From the IMG/VR virus record IMGVR_UViG_3300048575_000517, positions 1 to 40,054 of that record: a stretch of DNA of 40,054 bases. One strand, given 5' to 3'. A program made the position numbers and the translations under genes. The stretch is from a virus (lineage: Duplodnaviria; Caudoviricetes). Below are positions 16,183 through 25,992 of this stretch, piece by piece; the stretch's first letter is position 1; each line of letters opens with the position of its first letter. Below the pieces are notes generated by a model that did not search any database, had not been told where the DNA came from, and saw nothing but the letters and a program-made list of their open reading frames with translations.

Positions 16183-18033
16183 TCAGGTCACCGAGGTCGC
16201 GATCGAGAACGCGCTCGGTACGCGCACGCCGATGTCCATGGCGTAGAGTGCGCGCACGCCGACCAAGCCGGCCTGGAAGTTGGCGAACGGATTGACTTCG
16301 ATCGCCAGGCTGCCCCACTCGGCCATGACCAGCTGGTCCCACGCGCCGAAGATAATCGACGCGGCGGTCGCCTGCGCGCTAGACATGCCGCGGAAGCCGC
16401 AGACGTTGGCGTCGAGGATCGAGCCGTCCCACAACGGGCTGGCGGTGCCAGAGAATTTCACACGCTGCATGAGCAGCGCGGCGACCGCCGCCGTGGTGAC
16501 GTAGCCGCAGGTTTCCGAAAGCGCGTTGCCGATGTCGGTTTGGAATTCGAGCATGCCGGAATAGGCAATGCTCGTGCCGGTGACCGAGCCTACGCCCGAC
16601 GTGCCGGCGATGCCGGTCGGCTGGCCGCTCGATCCGGTGCCGGCGAGGCCGGCGAGGTCGGCGGCGAGGCCGATGGCCTTGGCGAGGTCGTTCATGACCA
16701 GCGACTCGGCGTCGGGGCTCGACTGCAGCGCGAGCAGGCGGCTGATCTCGGTGTAGGCGCCGACGTGCTTGGGCGTCAGCGAGAGCTGGCCGATCGTCGG
16801 CTGGCTCTCGGTGATCGCGGTCGCTTCGTTTGTCAGCCAGTACGTCGTCGCGGAGGCGGTCTGACGCGGCACGGTGACGTTGCCGACAAGCCCGGTGAGC
16901 CGCCCGGCGCCCATGCGCATGCAGACCGAGCGGTTGCGCAAGAGGTCGATGAAGCTCACGTTTTCGGTGGCGACCAGGTAGTTCGAGCCGCTGGACCCGG
17001 CGCTCGTCATGTCGCGCGTCTCGCGGTGGCGGCGCACGGTCTGCGCTTCGACAGGGACGAAGAAGGTCTGCTCGTTGAGCGGGTTGCCACCCAGGCGCTG
17101 CTGTATGGCGCGGTGCGCCTCGAGTTCGAGCCCGGCCTTCGACCAGTCCTTGTTGAGGACGGCGCGCACGGCCTTGAGCATGCTGTACGCTTCGGCTTCC
17201 TTGCGCGTCATGCCGAGGTCGGCCGGGTTGATCTTCTGCGTCTGACCCTGGCGCGCGACGAGCACGTCGAGCGTGCAGCGCGCGGCGTCGTCGACGCTGT
17301 AGCCATGCTCGACCCACTGCCGGACGACGTCGTCGCCGATCTTGTGCTGCCGCGCGATGGCGCGGATGCCTTCGACGCGCAGCTCTTCGAGCTTGACAGA
17401 GTCGGCGCCGTTGGGCAGAGCGCGGGTTTGTCCGGCGGTGTCGCCCGCCGGGGCGTTTTGTTGCTGTTCCATGCTGCGTCCTTTCGGGAGGATGGCGGGA
17501 GCCGCCGGGGGGGAAACTGGGGTTACTTCTTGATCGCGCTCGACGTCGAGCTCGAATTCGGGCGGCGCGCTCATCTCGCGGAAGAAGCCGGCGTTGATGT
17601 CTGCCGGTTCGGCGACGAGCGCGACGTGCGTAGGCAGCCAGCGCGAGGTGACGAGCACGCCGTCGCGGCGCAGCGTCGATTTGACGCGCGCGTAGCCGAC
17701 GCTGACGCTGCGGATGACGCCAGAGGCGACGTCGGCGGCGTAGCCGACCGCCTCGGGCCGTTCGCCGAAGCGCGCAAAGCCGCGCATCTTGCCGCCCGAC
17801 GGCGCGAGGTCCTCGACGATGCCGACGTTGATCTGCCCGCCGCGATGCGTGACGATGATCGGCAGCGGCGCGCGCGAGAGGTCGACGGCCTGCGGCGAGT
17901 GGTCGAGGATCTCTGGAATGTCACCCACGTCGACGACGGCGTCGCTCGAAATCACGACCGGGAAGCGGCCGGACTCGTCGCGCGCGACGCCGTCGAAGCG
18001 CGCTTCGCGCATCTGTACGTTCTGCAGTTTCAT
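16183..18033 (-). CDS. Fused prohead protease + HK97-fold major capsid protein
   Basis: N-terminal IIVTH...IRSVSVGY...EPAD protease motifs; C-terminal YWLTNE...LTPKHVGAYTEISRLL...GTGSSGQPTGI capsid motifs. Confidence 0.92.
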   Translation of the reverse strand: MKLQNVQMREARFDGVARDESGRFPVVISSDAVVDVGDIPEILDHSPQAVDLSRAPLPIIVTHRGGQINVGIVEDLAPSGGKMRGFARFGERPEAVGYAADVASGVIRSVSVGYARVKSTLRRDGVLVTSRWLPTHVALVAEPADINAGFFREMSAPPEFELDVERDQEVTPVSPPAAPAILPKGRSMEQQQNAPAGDTAGQTRALPNGADSVKLEELRVEGIRAIARQHKIGDDVVRQWVEHGYSVDDAARCTLDVLVARQGQTQKINPADLGMTRKEAEAYSMLKAVRAVLNKDWSKAGLELEAHRAIQQRLGGNPLNEQTFFVPVEAQTVRRHRETRDMTSAGSSGSNYLVATENVSFIDLLRNRSVCMRMGAGRLTGLVGNVTVPRQTASATTYWLTNEATAITESQPTIGQLSLTPKHVGAYTEISRLLALQSSPDAESLVMNDLAKAIGLAADLAGLAGTGSSGQPTGIAGTSGVGSVTGTSIAYSGMLEFQTDIGNALSETCGYVTTAAVAALLMQRVKFSGTASPLWDGSILDANVCGFRGMSSAQATAASIIFGAWDQLVMAEWGSLAIEVNPFANFQAGLVGVRALYAMDIGVRVPSAFSIATSVT

Positions 18034-19670
18034 GCTTGGCCTCGCTTGAGGGGTCGCACGCTGGCTGACGCGGCGGGGGCGTCGGCGGCGGCGGCGTTGT
18101 CGGTTTCGTCAGCGTCGGGGTCCGGGGCCGGTTCCGGCGTTGGCGCCGGCTTGGCGAAAGCCAGGCTTTCCGGGTCGGTGTCGGTGGCGATGTGCTGGCG
18201 GGCGAGCAGGTCGAGCTCGCGCCGGCGTTCGCGCACGACGTCCTCGAGGTCGCGCCCGGCGCCGGTCTGCGCGATGACGTCGCCCTTGGTGATGTAGCCG
18301 GCCTTCTCGGCTTCCTTGTACGCGGCGACTTCCTTGGTCGGATCAACCCACGACCAGCCGCGCGGCTTCCACGTCACGGCCTGGTAGTACGCCGGGCGCA
18401 GCACGTAATCGCCGACGGGGATGGTCTTGACGGCGCGCGCATAGACGGCGGCTTCGAGCCAGACCTTGTGCAGCCGCGCGCGGAATGCGCGGATGTACCA
18501 CTGCTGCAGGACGCGCCAGCCGTCGCGGTCGTCCAGCAGTCCCATGCGCGAGCTCGAATAATTGCTCTGCGAGTAGTCGCGCGAGAGCGACTCGTAGCTC
18601 ATGCCGAAGGCGGCGGCGATGTCGCGCAGCGCGGAGCGTACGAAGGGGTCGAAGTTGGCTTCCGGGTAGGCCGGCGTCCAGTCGGCGATCTCGGTGCCAG
18701 CGGGCAGGATGTCGACCTGACCCTTGCCGCTGGTCCAGGTAAGCGTGCCGTCCTGCGCGCCGTCGCCCAGCGACTTGGCGAGGTCGCCTTGGTCGGATTC
18801 CTTGAGTACCATGACTTTCTCGGCGCCGACGCGTGCGGCGACGACGGCGGCGTCCTGAAACTCGCCGAGCTGGTAAAGCCGGTTCATGGCCGCATGCATC
18901 CACGGCACGCCGCGCACCTGGGGCCAGCGCGAGAGGTGCGCGAGGTGGATGATGTCGTCGGCCGGGACACGCAGCAGGCGGTCGGAGACGCGCTCGCGGC
19001 GCGGGTCGCCGGGGTGGTATTCGTGTATCCAATAGGCGACCGGCCGGTAGTAGGCGTCGCACTCGACGCCCTGGCGCACGAGGTTGCCGCCGACGCTCGG
19101 CGCTTCCCACTCGTCGGCCAGGCGCTCGGCTTCGATGACTTCGAGCGAGAGCGGCACGCGGCCGCGGCCGTCGCGGTGGATGCGTACGAGCACGTCGCCG
19201 GCCTCGAAGACTTCGGCGATGAGCAGGCGCTCGATGTCGGCAAAGGCGAGGCGCCCGCCAATGTGGCAGTGGTCGGCCTGGCACCACTCGGTCCAGGCAG
19301 ATTCGAGCGCGTCGTTGACCTCGTCGACCAGCCGGCCGTGCGAGCTTTGCACCGCTGCCTGCAGGCCGATGCCCATGCCGATGACGTTGTTGGTGACCAC
19401 TGCCTGCGCGCGCTTGGCGTGCGCGTTGTCGCGGATGAGCGCGCGCGAGCGGTTGCGCAGGGCGGTTAGACTCGACACCGACTCCATGTCGGCGCTCGAG
19501 GTGAACGTCGACCAGCCGTCGTTGAGCCGCGAGGGTCGAGCGGCGGCGAAGGCGCGCTGCCCGACGGCGTCGGCCGTCATGGGCTTGCGGCCACCGATCA
19601 GGCGCGCGATGCGCTCGCGACCGGCGAGCGCGGTGACGGCGCGGAACCACAGCGGGACAGGCTTAGCCAC
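18030..19670 (-). CDS. Portal protein, lambda family
   Basis: LRNRSRALIRDN, QVRGVPW, NYSSSR, WVDPTKEV motifs. Confidence 0.95.
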   Translation of the reverse strand: MAKPVPLWFRAVTALAGRERIARLIGGRKPMTADAVGQRAFAAARPSRLNDGWSTFTSSADMESVSSLTALRNRSRALIRDNAHAKRAQAVVTNNVIGMGIGLQAAVQSSHGRLVDEVNDALESAWTEWCQADHCHIGGRLAFADIERLLIAEVFEAGDVLVRIHRDGRGRVPLSLEVIEAERLADEWEAPSVGGNLVRQGVECDAYYRPVAYWIHEYHPGDPRRERVSDRLLRVPADDIIHLAHLSRWPQVRGVPWMHAAMNRLYQLGEFQDAAVVAARVGAEKVMVLKESDQGDLAKSLGDGAQDGTLTWTSGKGQVDILPAGTEIADWTPAYPEANFDPFVRSALRDIAAAFGMSYESLSRDYSQSNYSSSRMGLLDDRDGWRVLQQWYIRAFRARLHKVWLEAAVYARAVKTIPVGDYVLRPAYYQAVTWKPRGWSWVDPTKEVAAYKEAEKAGYITKGDVIAQTGAGRDLEDVVRERRRELDLLARQHIATDTDPESLAFAKPAPTPEPAPDPDADETDNAAAADAPAASASVRPLKRGQA

Positions 19671-20232
19671 GGCCGAACCTCACGAGCAGGCGGTTGCGTG
19701 ACGGCAGGCCCTGGCGCATGGCTTCGGCGTTCTCTTCGCGCCTGACCTCGGCGAGCAGCTGCGAGCGCAGCTTGATGAGCCCGCCGTCAGATCGCTTGAT
19801 GCCGCGATCGGCGAAGGTGGCGTCGATTACGTCGAGCTGGTCGACGGTGGCACGCCCGAGCAGCGCGGCCTCGACGGCGTCGAGCAGCTTGCGCGCGAAA
19901 CTGCGCGCATCGAGCGCAACAGCGGCGGAAAAGTCGGGCAGGACGGTGAGCCGGCCGCGCCCGATCTCATGTCGCTCGGTGGCGCTGGAAACGACGGCGA
20001 TCCAGTCGTACTCGCCGGCGAAGCGCGTGGCGGTGGTCGCCTTGGCGACGGTGACGCTGTGCGCGGCGCCGTCGGCGGCGGCGACGATGTCGAAGTACTG
20101 TGCGCTGCTGCGCACGTAGTAGGTGAGCACCCAGGCGGGCGCGGGGTAGTCGGCGAGGTCGTCGCGCCGCCACTGCCAGGTATCGCCGGCGCGCAGTTCG
20201 CGGGGTTCGGTGGTGAAGGGGGTGATCGCCAT
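19663..20232 (-). CDS. Head-associated protein preceding the portal (gpW-like C-terminus)
   Basis: Position; LRAGDTWQW N-terminus and helical C-terminus LIKLRSQLLAEV. Confidence 0.6.
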   Translation of the reverse strand: MAITPFTTEPRELRAGDTWQWRRDDLADYPAPAWVLTYYVRSSAQYFDIVAAADGAAHSVTVAKATTATRFAGEYDWIAVVSSATERHEIGRGRLTVLPDFSAAVALDARSFARKLLDAVEAALLGRATVDQLDVIDATFADRGIKRSDGGLIKLRSQLLAEVRREENAEAMRQGLPSRNRLLVRFGRG

Positions 20233-20273
20233 ACCGTAAGGATGGCGATCGAATGTCTAGCAATGCGTACGGA

Positions 20274-20546
20274 TTACTTGACTTTTTGCAGCTGATAGAC
20301 GCGCTTGCGGCTAATGCCAAAGCGCTCGGAGACGACGCCGGTCGGCAGCAGCCGCGCCGCCGCCGCGATGCGCTCGGCCCGCGCCGGGTCCTTGCGGCTG
20401 TCGCCAGGCATCAGGTAAATGCGCTCGCCCGGCCAGCGCTGCCGTACCTGCCGCTCGATCTCGATCGCCAGGTGGTCCGAGAAAGACTCGCCGCTTTGCG
20501 CCGCGAGTTCGCGGGCGAATTCGAGGAACTCACGAAGGTTAGGCAT
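20274..20546 (-). CDS. Mor/C-like transcription activator
   Basis: WPGERIYL followed by HTH VSERFGISRKRVYQL; TGATG coupling to terL. Confidence 0.7.
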   Translation of the reverse strand: MPNLREFLEFARELAAQSGESFSDHLAIEIERQVRQRWPGERIYLMPGDSRKDPARAERIAAAARLLPTGVVSERFGISRKRVYQLQKVK

Positions 20547-22381
20547 CAGGATCTCCGGTGGATGCCGCGCTGCGGCGTGTGAACGATTGCCGGGGCGGCG
20601 GGTGGCGCGTCGCCGTTGGCTTCTTTTTCGCGGCGGGCCTTGTCGCGTGCGTCGAGGTCGATATCGGAGAGGCGCAGCGCCGCGTGCATGTAGCGGAAAC
20701 AGTCGTTGGCCTCGTTGCGCAGCCGGGTCTTGACCCACTCGACAAAATTTCGCCCGTTGCGGATCTTGATGACCATCTTCTCAGCGGCGAGCTGCGCAAA
20801 GTACTCGTCGTCGAACGACGCATCGCGCGGGAAATGAATGTATCCGGGGCCGGGCTTGACGAGGCGTAGGCGCGAGGTGAGCAGCGCTTTCGACTGATCG
20901 TCGCCGACCAGGTGCGCGATGACTCCCTTCTTGCGCTGCGTGCGCAGCCGCTGCCGGCGCGCCTTGGCATCCTCGACCACTGGCCGACCGGGGCCGTCCA
21001 TGCCGCGAATCGCGAAGCACCAGGAGCGCGTCGCGACGAACGCATAGACCAAGCTGGTGTTGTAGTTGCTGTCGATGGCCAGGGCTTCCGGCGCCCAGTG
21101 CTCGAGTTCCTCGGCGAAGTCCTCCCACACCTGCGGCTGCGCCGTGTCGCCGGGAACGATGAGGTGCGCAAGCACGTAGCATTCCTCGCCGGCGTGCCAA
21201 TCGCCGATCGTGCATTCGATGCGGTCTTTCTGCACGTCTGCGCCTGCGGTGCGCGCCAGCCCGCGCGGCAGTTCGTCGTAGTCCTCGAGGCGCGCAATCA
21301 GCGCCGTCGGGTCGATTTCCTCGCCGGGCTCGACCCACACTTCGCCGAGATTGGTATTGACGAAGGTCTTGAGCGCGGCGGTCGACTTGATGGCATCCTG
21401 CCACTCGATCGCCAGATCCAGCCACGACGGCCCCAGCCCGATCGGCGCGAGCAGCGCGGTGATGTGGTAGCCGCGCTTTTTCCGCTCGGGATACGCCGCC
21501 ATCCAGCGGCCGGCGGCGAGCATCGCCGGCTTGTGGTGCTCGCGTATCTCGCCGGCACAGTGCGCGCAGACGTACCAGGCGTCGACGACGTTATCGCCAT
21601 GCTTCTTCCACTTGATGCCGTGCGCCGACTCTGGACTGCCCCACTCAAGCGCCTGGTATTCGCCGCAGTGCGGGCACGGCACATGATAGCGCCGCTGGTC
21701 GGTCTGCTTGTATTCGCGCTCGATGAGCGAGAGGTCGGAGACGGTCGGTGTCGAGATCAAGAAGCGCTTGGCGCGCGTCGGCTGGGCCTTGGTGCGTCCA
21801 AAGGCGAGCTTGACCGGGTCGCCCTCGGAGCCGACCTCGGGGGGGAAACGATCGAGGTCGTCGAGGATGATGATGCGCACCGAGGCCTGCGCGTAGCTGT
21901 TAGGGCTGTTGGCGCCGCCGAGGAAGAGCACGCCGCCGGGAAAGTCGATCATGTCCTGCCGGTTGGCCGCGTCGCGCGAACGCTGACCGCCGAGCAGGTC
22001 ACGAATGACCGGCGTGTCGGTGAGCAGCGGGTTGAGCTTCTGCCCTTTCCACTTGTCGCGCGCTTCGAGCGTCGGCATCAACACCATCATCGCCGCCGGC
22101 GCATGGTCCATGATGTAGCCGATGACGTTGACCGATACTTCGGTGACGCCGACCTGCGACGACTTCATGACCACGACGTCATTGACGCGGCTCGACGCGG
22201 AAAAGCAGTCCATGATTTCGCGCAGGAACGGCGTGCGCCTGGTGCGCCAGCGCCCACGCTCGCCCGACTGCTTGCCGGTCAGCTCGCGGTGCGTGTCGGC
22301 CCACTCGGAGACCGACAGCACGCGCCGCGGCTTGGCCGCAGACCAGAAGACGGTGAGGCAGTGGGCGAGGCTGGAAGACAT
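20546..22381 (-). CDS. terL: Terminase large subunit, lambda gpA family
   Basis: RTPFLRE, KSSQVGVTE Walker A, ILDDLD Walker B, ISTPT, CPHC/CAHC, NEANDC. Confidence 0.95.
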   Translation of the reverse strand: MSSSLAHCLTVFWSAAKPRRVLSVSEWADTHRELTGKQSGERGRWRTRRTPFLREIMDCFSASSRVNDVVVMKSSQVGVTEVSVNVIGYIMDHAPAAMMVLMPTLEARDKWKGQKLNPLLTDTPVIRDLLGGQRSRDAANRQDMIDFPGGVLFLGGANSPNSYAQASVRIIILDDLDRFPPEVGSEGDPVKLAFGRTKAQPTRAKRFLISTPTVSDLSLIEREYKQTDQRRYHVPCPHCGEYQALEWGSPESAHGIKWKKHGDNVVDAWYVCAHCAGEIREHHKPAMLAAGRWMAAYPERKKRGYHITALLAPIGLGPSWLDLAIEWQDAIKSTAALKTFVNTNLGEVWVEPGEEIDPTALIARLEDYDELPRGLARTAGADVQKDRIECTIGDWHAGEECYVLAHLIVPGDTAQPQVWEDFAEELEHWAPEALAIDSNYNTSLVYAFVATRSWCFAIRGMDGPGRPVVEDAKARRQRLRTQRKKGVIAHLVGDDQSKALLTSRLRLVKPGPGYIHFPRDASFDDEYFAQLAAEKMVIKIRNGRNFVEWVKTRLRNEANDCFRYMHAALRLSDIDLDARDKARREKEANGDAPPAAPAIVHTPQRGIHRRS

Positions 22382-22605
22382 CAGCGGGGCATGATCCGAC
22401 CGGTACCGACGGGACGGCGCCTGTACTCGCCGCACCAGTCGTCAAACATGGTCAACGGATGCTGCCAACAAAGTGTTTCTTCCAGTTCGAACTCTCTCGC
22501 CAATACCGGCGGATACCGCCTGCAGTCCCAGTGATTTTCGTCTTCACTGGGTACCCGACTGTAGGTCGCCGACCAGAATTTGCATGACTCGCATGACTCA
22601 TTCAT
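22381..22605 (-). CDS. Small four-Cys protein between terS and terL
   Basis: CESCKFW...CRRYPP...DWCGE; AGGAG SD; start and stop overlap both terminase genes. Confidence 0.75.
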   Translation of the reverse strand: MNESCESCKFWSATYSRVPSEDENHWDCRRYPPVLAREFELEETLCWQHPLTMFDDWCGEYRRRPVGTGRIMPR

Positions 22606-23210
22606 TTCGCCACTCCTTTTCTGAGTTCATCAACTTGCCTGCTTACCGCTTCCACAATCGCATTGAGCGCGTCACGGCAGGCCTGCGTCAGCAGCTCGTG
22701 CGCTTCCTCGAGGCTGGTGACCGGCGCGACGAGCGGCGCGGTCTGGTCGGGGAAGACGTCGAGCGCGGCGCGCACGGCGCCGCCGATGAAGCGCATGGCG
22801 GCGTCGACATCGTCCTTGGGGATGAGGTTGCCGCGCATCTGCGCGGCCTTCATCTCTTCCTGGTCGGCCTGCGCGGATTCCTTGCGCAGCTTGGCATCGA
22901 CGAGGCGCACGTCGCCGCCGCCGGCGCGCGCCGGCGCGTCGTTATCCCGTTCCCCGGGTGCAGATACGTCCGCGTCGCCAAGCGCTCCGCCAGCAGCCAG
23001 CTCGCCGCGCTGCTGGGCGTGCCGCTGCTCGACGTCGAGGCGCGCGCCGCGCGTCGCTTCGATGCGCGCCAGCGACTCGGCGACGACGACGCGGCCGGCC
23101 TCGTCGAGCACCAGCCGCCCGTCGCCCTTGAGCTTGGTAACGTAGCTCGGCCGGCAGCCGAGGCGCCGGGCAAAGGCCGAGAGGCTGAGCGTTTCTGCGT
23201 GGGCGTTCAT
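22602..23210 (-). CDS. terS: Terminase small subunit (Nu1-like)
   Basis: N-terminal wHTH FARRLGCRPSYVTKLKGDGRL; coiled coil then GNLIPKDDV; upstream of terL. Confidence 0.85.
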   Translation of the reverse strand: MNAHAETLSLSAFARRLGCRPSYVTKLKGDGRLVLDEAGRVVVAESLARIEATRGARLDVEQRHAQQRGELAAGGALGDADVSAPGERDNDAPARAGGGDVRLVDAKLRKESAQADQEEMKAAQMRGNLIPKDDVDAAMRFIGGAVRAALDVFPDQTAPLVAPVTSLEEAHELLTQACRDALNAIVEAVSRQVDELRKGVAK

Positions 23211-23212
23211 GG

Positions 23213-23465
23213 CTGTTCCAGAACGCCGGAACGCGTTCCAAAAACTGGAACGCTGTAGCCCTTGCGGGGCAAGGCTTGTTCCAGTGTTCCAGTATTTTCC
23301 CTAGGGCGCGCGCGTGAGGAATACGTGTGCGCGTTGACGCGGCGAAGCCTACTCACGTTACGCGCGTGCGCGCTCACGCGAAAATCCGGAACATCGGCAC
23401 AAGCCTTGCGCGGCAACGCTTGCAGCGTTCCAAAAACTGGAACGCGTTGCCGGTTTCTGGAACAG
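23213..23465. repeat. Iteron/palindrome cluster, probable phage replication origin
   Basis: GCGTTCCAAAAACTGGAACGC identical at 23233-23253 and 23425-23445, plus multiple GTTCC/GGAAC copies, directly after the primase gene. Confidence 0.7.
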
Positions 23466-23472
23466 CAGAACG

Positions 23473-25992
23473 TCAGGCGGCGGATTCCCATGACTTGGCG
23501 TCGTCCTTTTCGGTGTATTTGAAGGCGAAAACGCTGCGCGTGCGCCAGACGACTTCTTCTTCGTCTGGCCGGCGCACGTACTTGCCGCCGCCGGTCGCCT
23601 GGATCGCCTCGACGGGCGGGATGACGATCATCGCCGGCGTGGTCGGCCCGGAGTAATGGTCGTTGCCGTAGACGCGGCACTTCTTGACCTTCCAGCCGGC
23701 CTGGCGGTCGAGGTAGCCCATGAAGTGGCTCGAGCTGCGCGGGTTGCGCTCGCCGTTGGCCTTGCACCAGGCGACGTAGGCGCCGTAGAAGTCGTCGCGC
23801 TGCGCCGGGCAGACCGGCCAGCGCGTGTCTTCGCGCAGGTAGTCGGCGATGAAGCGCATCTCGGACGGCATCGAGAGGTCGATGAGCTTCTGTTTGCTGT
23901 CGGTCATCGGCGGGCGCTTCTTGGGGTGGAAGTCGCCCAGGTCGAGCGTGAGCAGGTAGTCGTAGAAGGCGGCGACGCCGCCGTTGTCGATCTCGCGGAA
24001 GACGTCGTCGTAGTAGGCCTCGGAGAGCATCGGCGGCGTCCAGATGACGAGGTGCCGGCGATCGTCGTTCTCGAGCGGCAGCGGCTGGCCTTCGTTCGAG
24101 AGGTAGGCGATGTTGACGTGGTTGCGCTGGCGGTACGCGGCGACGTTCTTGGGGTTGATGCGTATCCAGTCGCCGGTGACGAGTTCCTTGAGTTCGTTCT
24201 TGATGTGCCACATCTCGGCGCGCGTGACGACTTCCTCGGCGAGGATGAAGAGCTTGGAGTCGGCCCAGTCGGAATTGAACTTGTCCTCGAGGCCGCGCTG
24301 GTTGAGCACCGTGCTGTAGTCGCCGTAGATCTTGGCGAGCGTCTGGAAGACGCACGACTTCCCGGTGCCCTGCGGGCCGTGCATGATCACGGCGCTGGCC
24401 ATCTTGGCGCCCGGGTGCTGCAGCGGGTACGCCATCCAGCGCAGCACCCACTGGTAGACGTCGCGGCCGTTCTTCTCGCCGCTGCACAGGTATTCGAGCA
24501 GCTCGAGGATCTGCGTGCAGCGGCCGGGCTTGGCGACGAGCGGCCAGCCCTTCCAGGTGTTGAGCGCGACGTTGTCGTCGGTGCCGCCCGGGTCGAAGCC
24601 GACCTGGTCGAGGTAGTACGCGCCGCGCTCGATCCACACCGGATGCCGCTTGATGTCGTCGCCGCGCACGCCGGCCGGCAGCAGCGTGATCATCTGCTCG
24701 CGCTGCGCGATTCGGGCGGTCCATGTGTCGAAAACGTATTTTCCGGTGCCGTCGTCGATCGGGATGAAGCGCGCGACGATGTCGTCGAGGTTCATCACCG
24801 CCTGCGCGCGCTTGCGCGTGTTCGCTCCGGCGGCGCCGCCAGACTCCCCGCCCCCCTTGTCGTCAGACCCGCCGCGCGAGGCGCCCGGCGTGGGGGCATC
24901 CCGCCACCCGAGCGCGTCGAGCTTGGCGTTGATCTGCAGGGCGACGGCGACGTGCCCGCCGGTGAGCACGGCGAGGTCGTTGTAGTCGGTGAGCTTCTTG
25001 CCGCCGCGCAGGTCGTCCGTTTCACCGCTTTCACCGGGCGCGCTGAAATCGGGTTTCGTCCAGGCGCTGCCCTCGATCTCGCCGTGCGCCTGCGCGGCGT
25101 AGGTACAGCCGGGATTGCCATCGGTCAGGTAGTCGTCGTCGGCGCAGAAGAGCAACCGGGCGCGCGGGCAGGTCCTGCGCAGCAGCTTGCCGGTCTTGGC
25201 CAAGTTGTTGGCCGAGAAGGCGTACGCGACGGTCTGCCCGGTCGCCTCGTGCAGCGTCGCCGCGGTGGCGTAGCCTTCGGCGATAAGGATGATTCCCTCG
25301 CGCTTGATGTGGCCGATGAGCCCGAACGATCCGCCCATGGCCATGCCGCGCGGCCAGAATTCCTTGTCGCGCCCGAGTTTCTCGCGCCGTTCGTGGCCCT
25401 TGGGGTATATCCACTGGATGCCGCAGACGTTGCCGTGCTCGTCGTGCATCGGGACGACCAGCGCGCCGGCGGCGCACTTCAAGCGGTAGAAGTTGCTCTC
25501 GTCGATGCCGGGCAGCTGCAGGTCGGCGCCGTCGCCCATGAGGCGCGCGCCGTGCGCATCGATGCGCTTGCGCGCCAGGTACTCGTGTTCGGTCGCCGGC
25601 GCGCACCTGGCCCACACCGACGCGGCCCACTGCGCGGCGCGCTTGGCTTCGGCCTTGCGCTCGGCGGCGATGCGCTTGTCGGCTTCCTTCTGCGCGGCGC
25701 GCATGGCGATGACGTCCTCTGGCGTCAGCGCCGGCCGCTGCGGGTCGTTGCGCGGCAGTTCGACCTTGATCTTGCCGTCGTCGGTGCCATGCCACACGCC
25801 ATATACGCCGACGATGTAGAGGTGGCCGGCGCGCGACGTCCATTCCTTCAAGCGCGTCCAGCCGCGCCTCTCGCGGTCCTCGCCGTCGACCTTCCAGCGC
25901 TGGATGCGGCTGTCGAGGTTGAGCGGCTTGTCGAGGACGATCCCGATCGCGCTGATCTGCGCGACGACGTCGTCGTAGTTGATGGCGCTCAT
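23473..25992 (-). CDS. Primase-helicase (Toprim + SF3/D5-like ATPase)
   Basis: IAEGYATA, CADDD, TDYNDL Toprim motifs; GPQGTGKS Walker A; ILAEE; LSN; DDRR. Confidence 0.92.
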   Translation of the reverse strand: MSAINYDDVVAQISAIGIVLDKPLNLDSRIQRWKVDGEDRERRGWTRLKEWTSRAGHLYIVGVYGVWHGTDDGKIKVELPRNDPQRPALTPEDVIAMRAAQKEADKRIAAERKAEAKRAAQWAASVWARCAPATEHEYLARKRIDAHGARLMGDGADLQLPGIDESNFYRLKCAAGALVVPMHDEHGNVCGIQWIYPKGHERREKLGRDKEFWPRGMAMGGSFGLIGHIKREGIILIAEGYATAATLHEATGQTVAYAFSANNLAKTGKLLRRTCPRARLLFCADDDYLTDGNPGCTYAAQAHGEIEGSAWTKPDFSAPGESGETDDLRGGKKLTDYNDLAVLTGGHVAVALQINAKLDALGWRDAPTPGASRGGSDDKGGGESGGAAGANTRKRAQAVMNLDDIVARFIPIDDGTGKYVFDTWTARIAQREQMITLLPAGVRGDDIKRHPVWIERGAYYLDQVGFDPGGTDDNVALNTWKGWPLVAKPGRCTQILELLEYLCSGEKNGRDVYQWVLRWMAYPLQHPGAKMASAVIMHGPQGTGKSCVFQTLAKIYGDYSTVLNQRGLEDKFNSDWADSKLFILAEEVVTRAEMWHIKNELKELVTGDWIRINPKNVAAYRQRNHVNIAYLSNEGQPLPLENDDRRHLVIWTPPMLSEAYYDDVFREIDNGGVAAFYDYLLTLDLGDFHPKKRPPMTDSKQKLIDLSMPSEMRFIADYLREDTRWPVCPAQRDDFYGAYVAWCKANGERNPRSSSHFMGYLDRQAGWKVKKCRVYGNDHYSGPTTPAMIVIPPVEAIQATGGGKYVRRPDEEEVVWRTRSVFAFKYTEKDDAKSWESAA

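Noticed and set aside
23207-24724. 505-aa same-strand alternative-frame ORF over the primase and ori
   Set aside because: Arg/Ala/Pro-rich off-frame composition without motifs, unlike the MTase frame B
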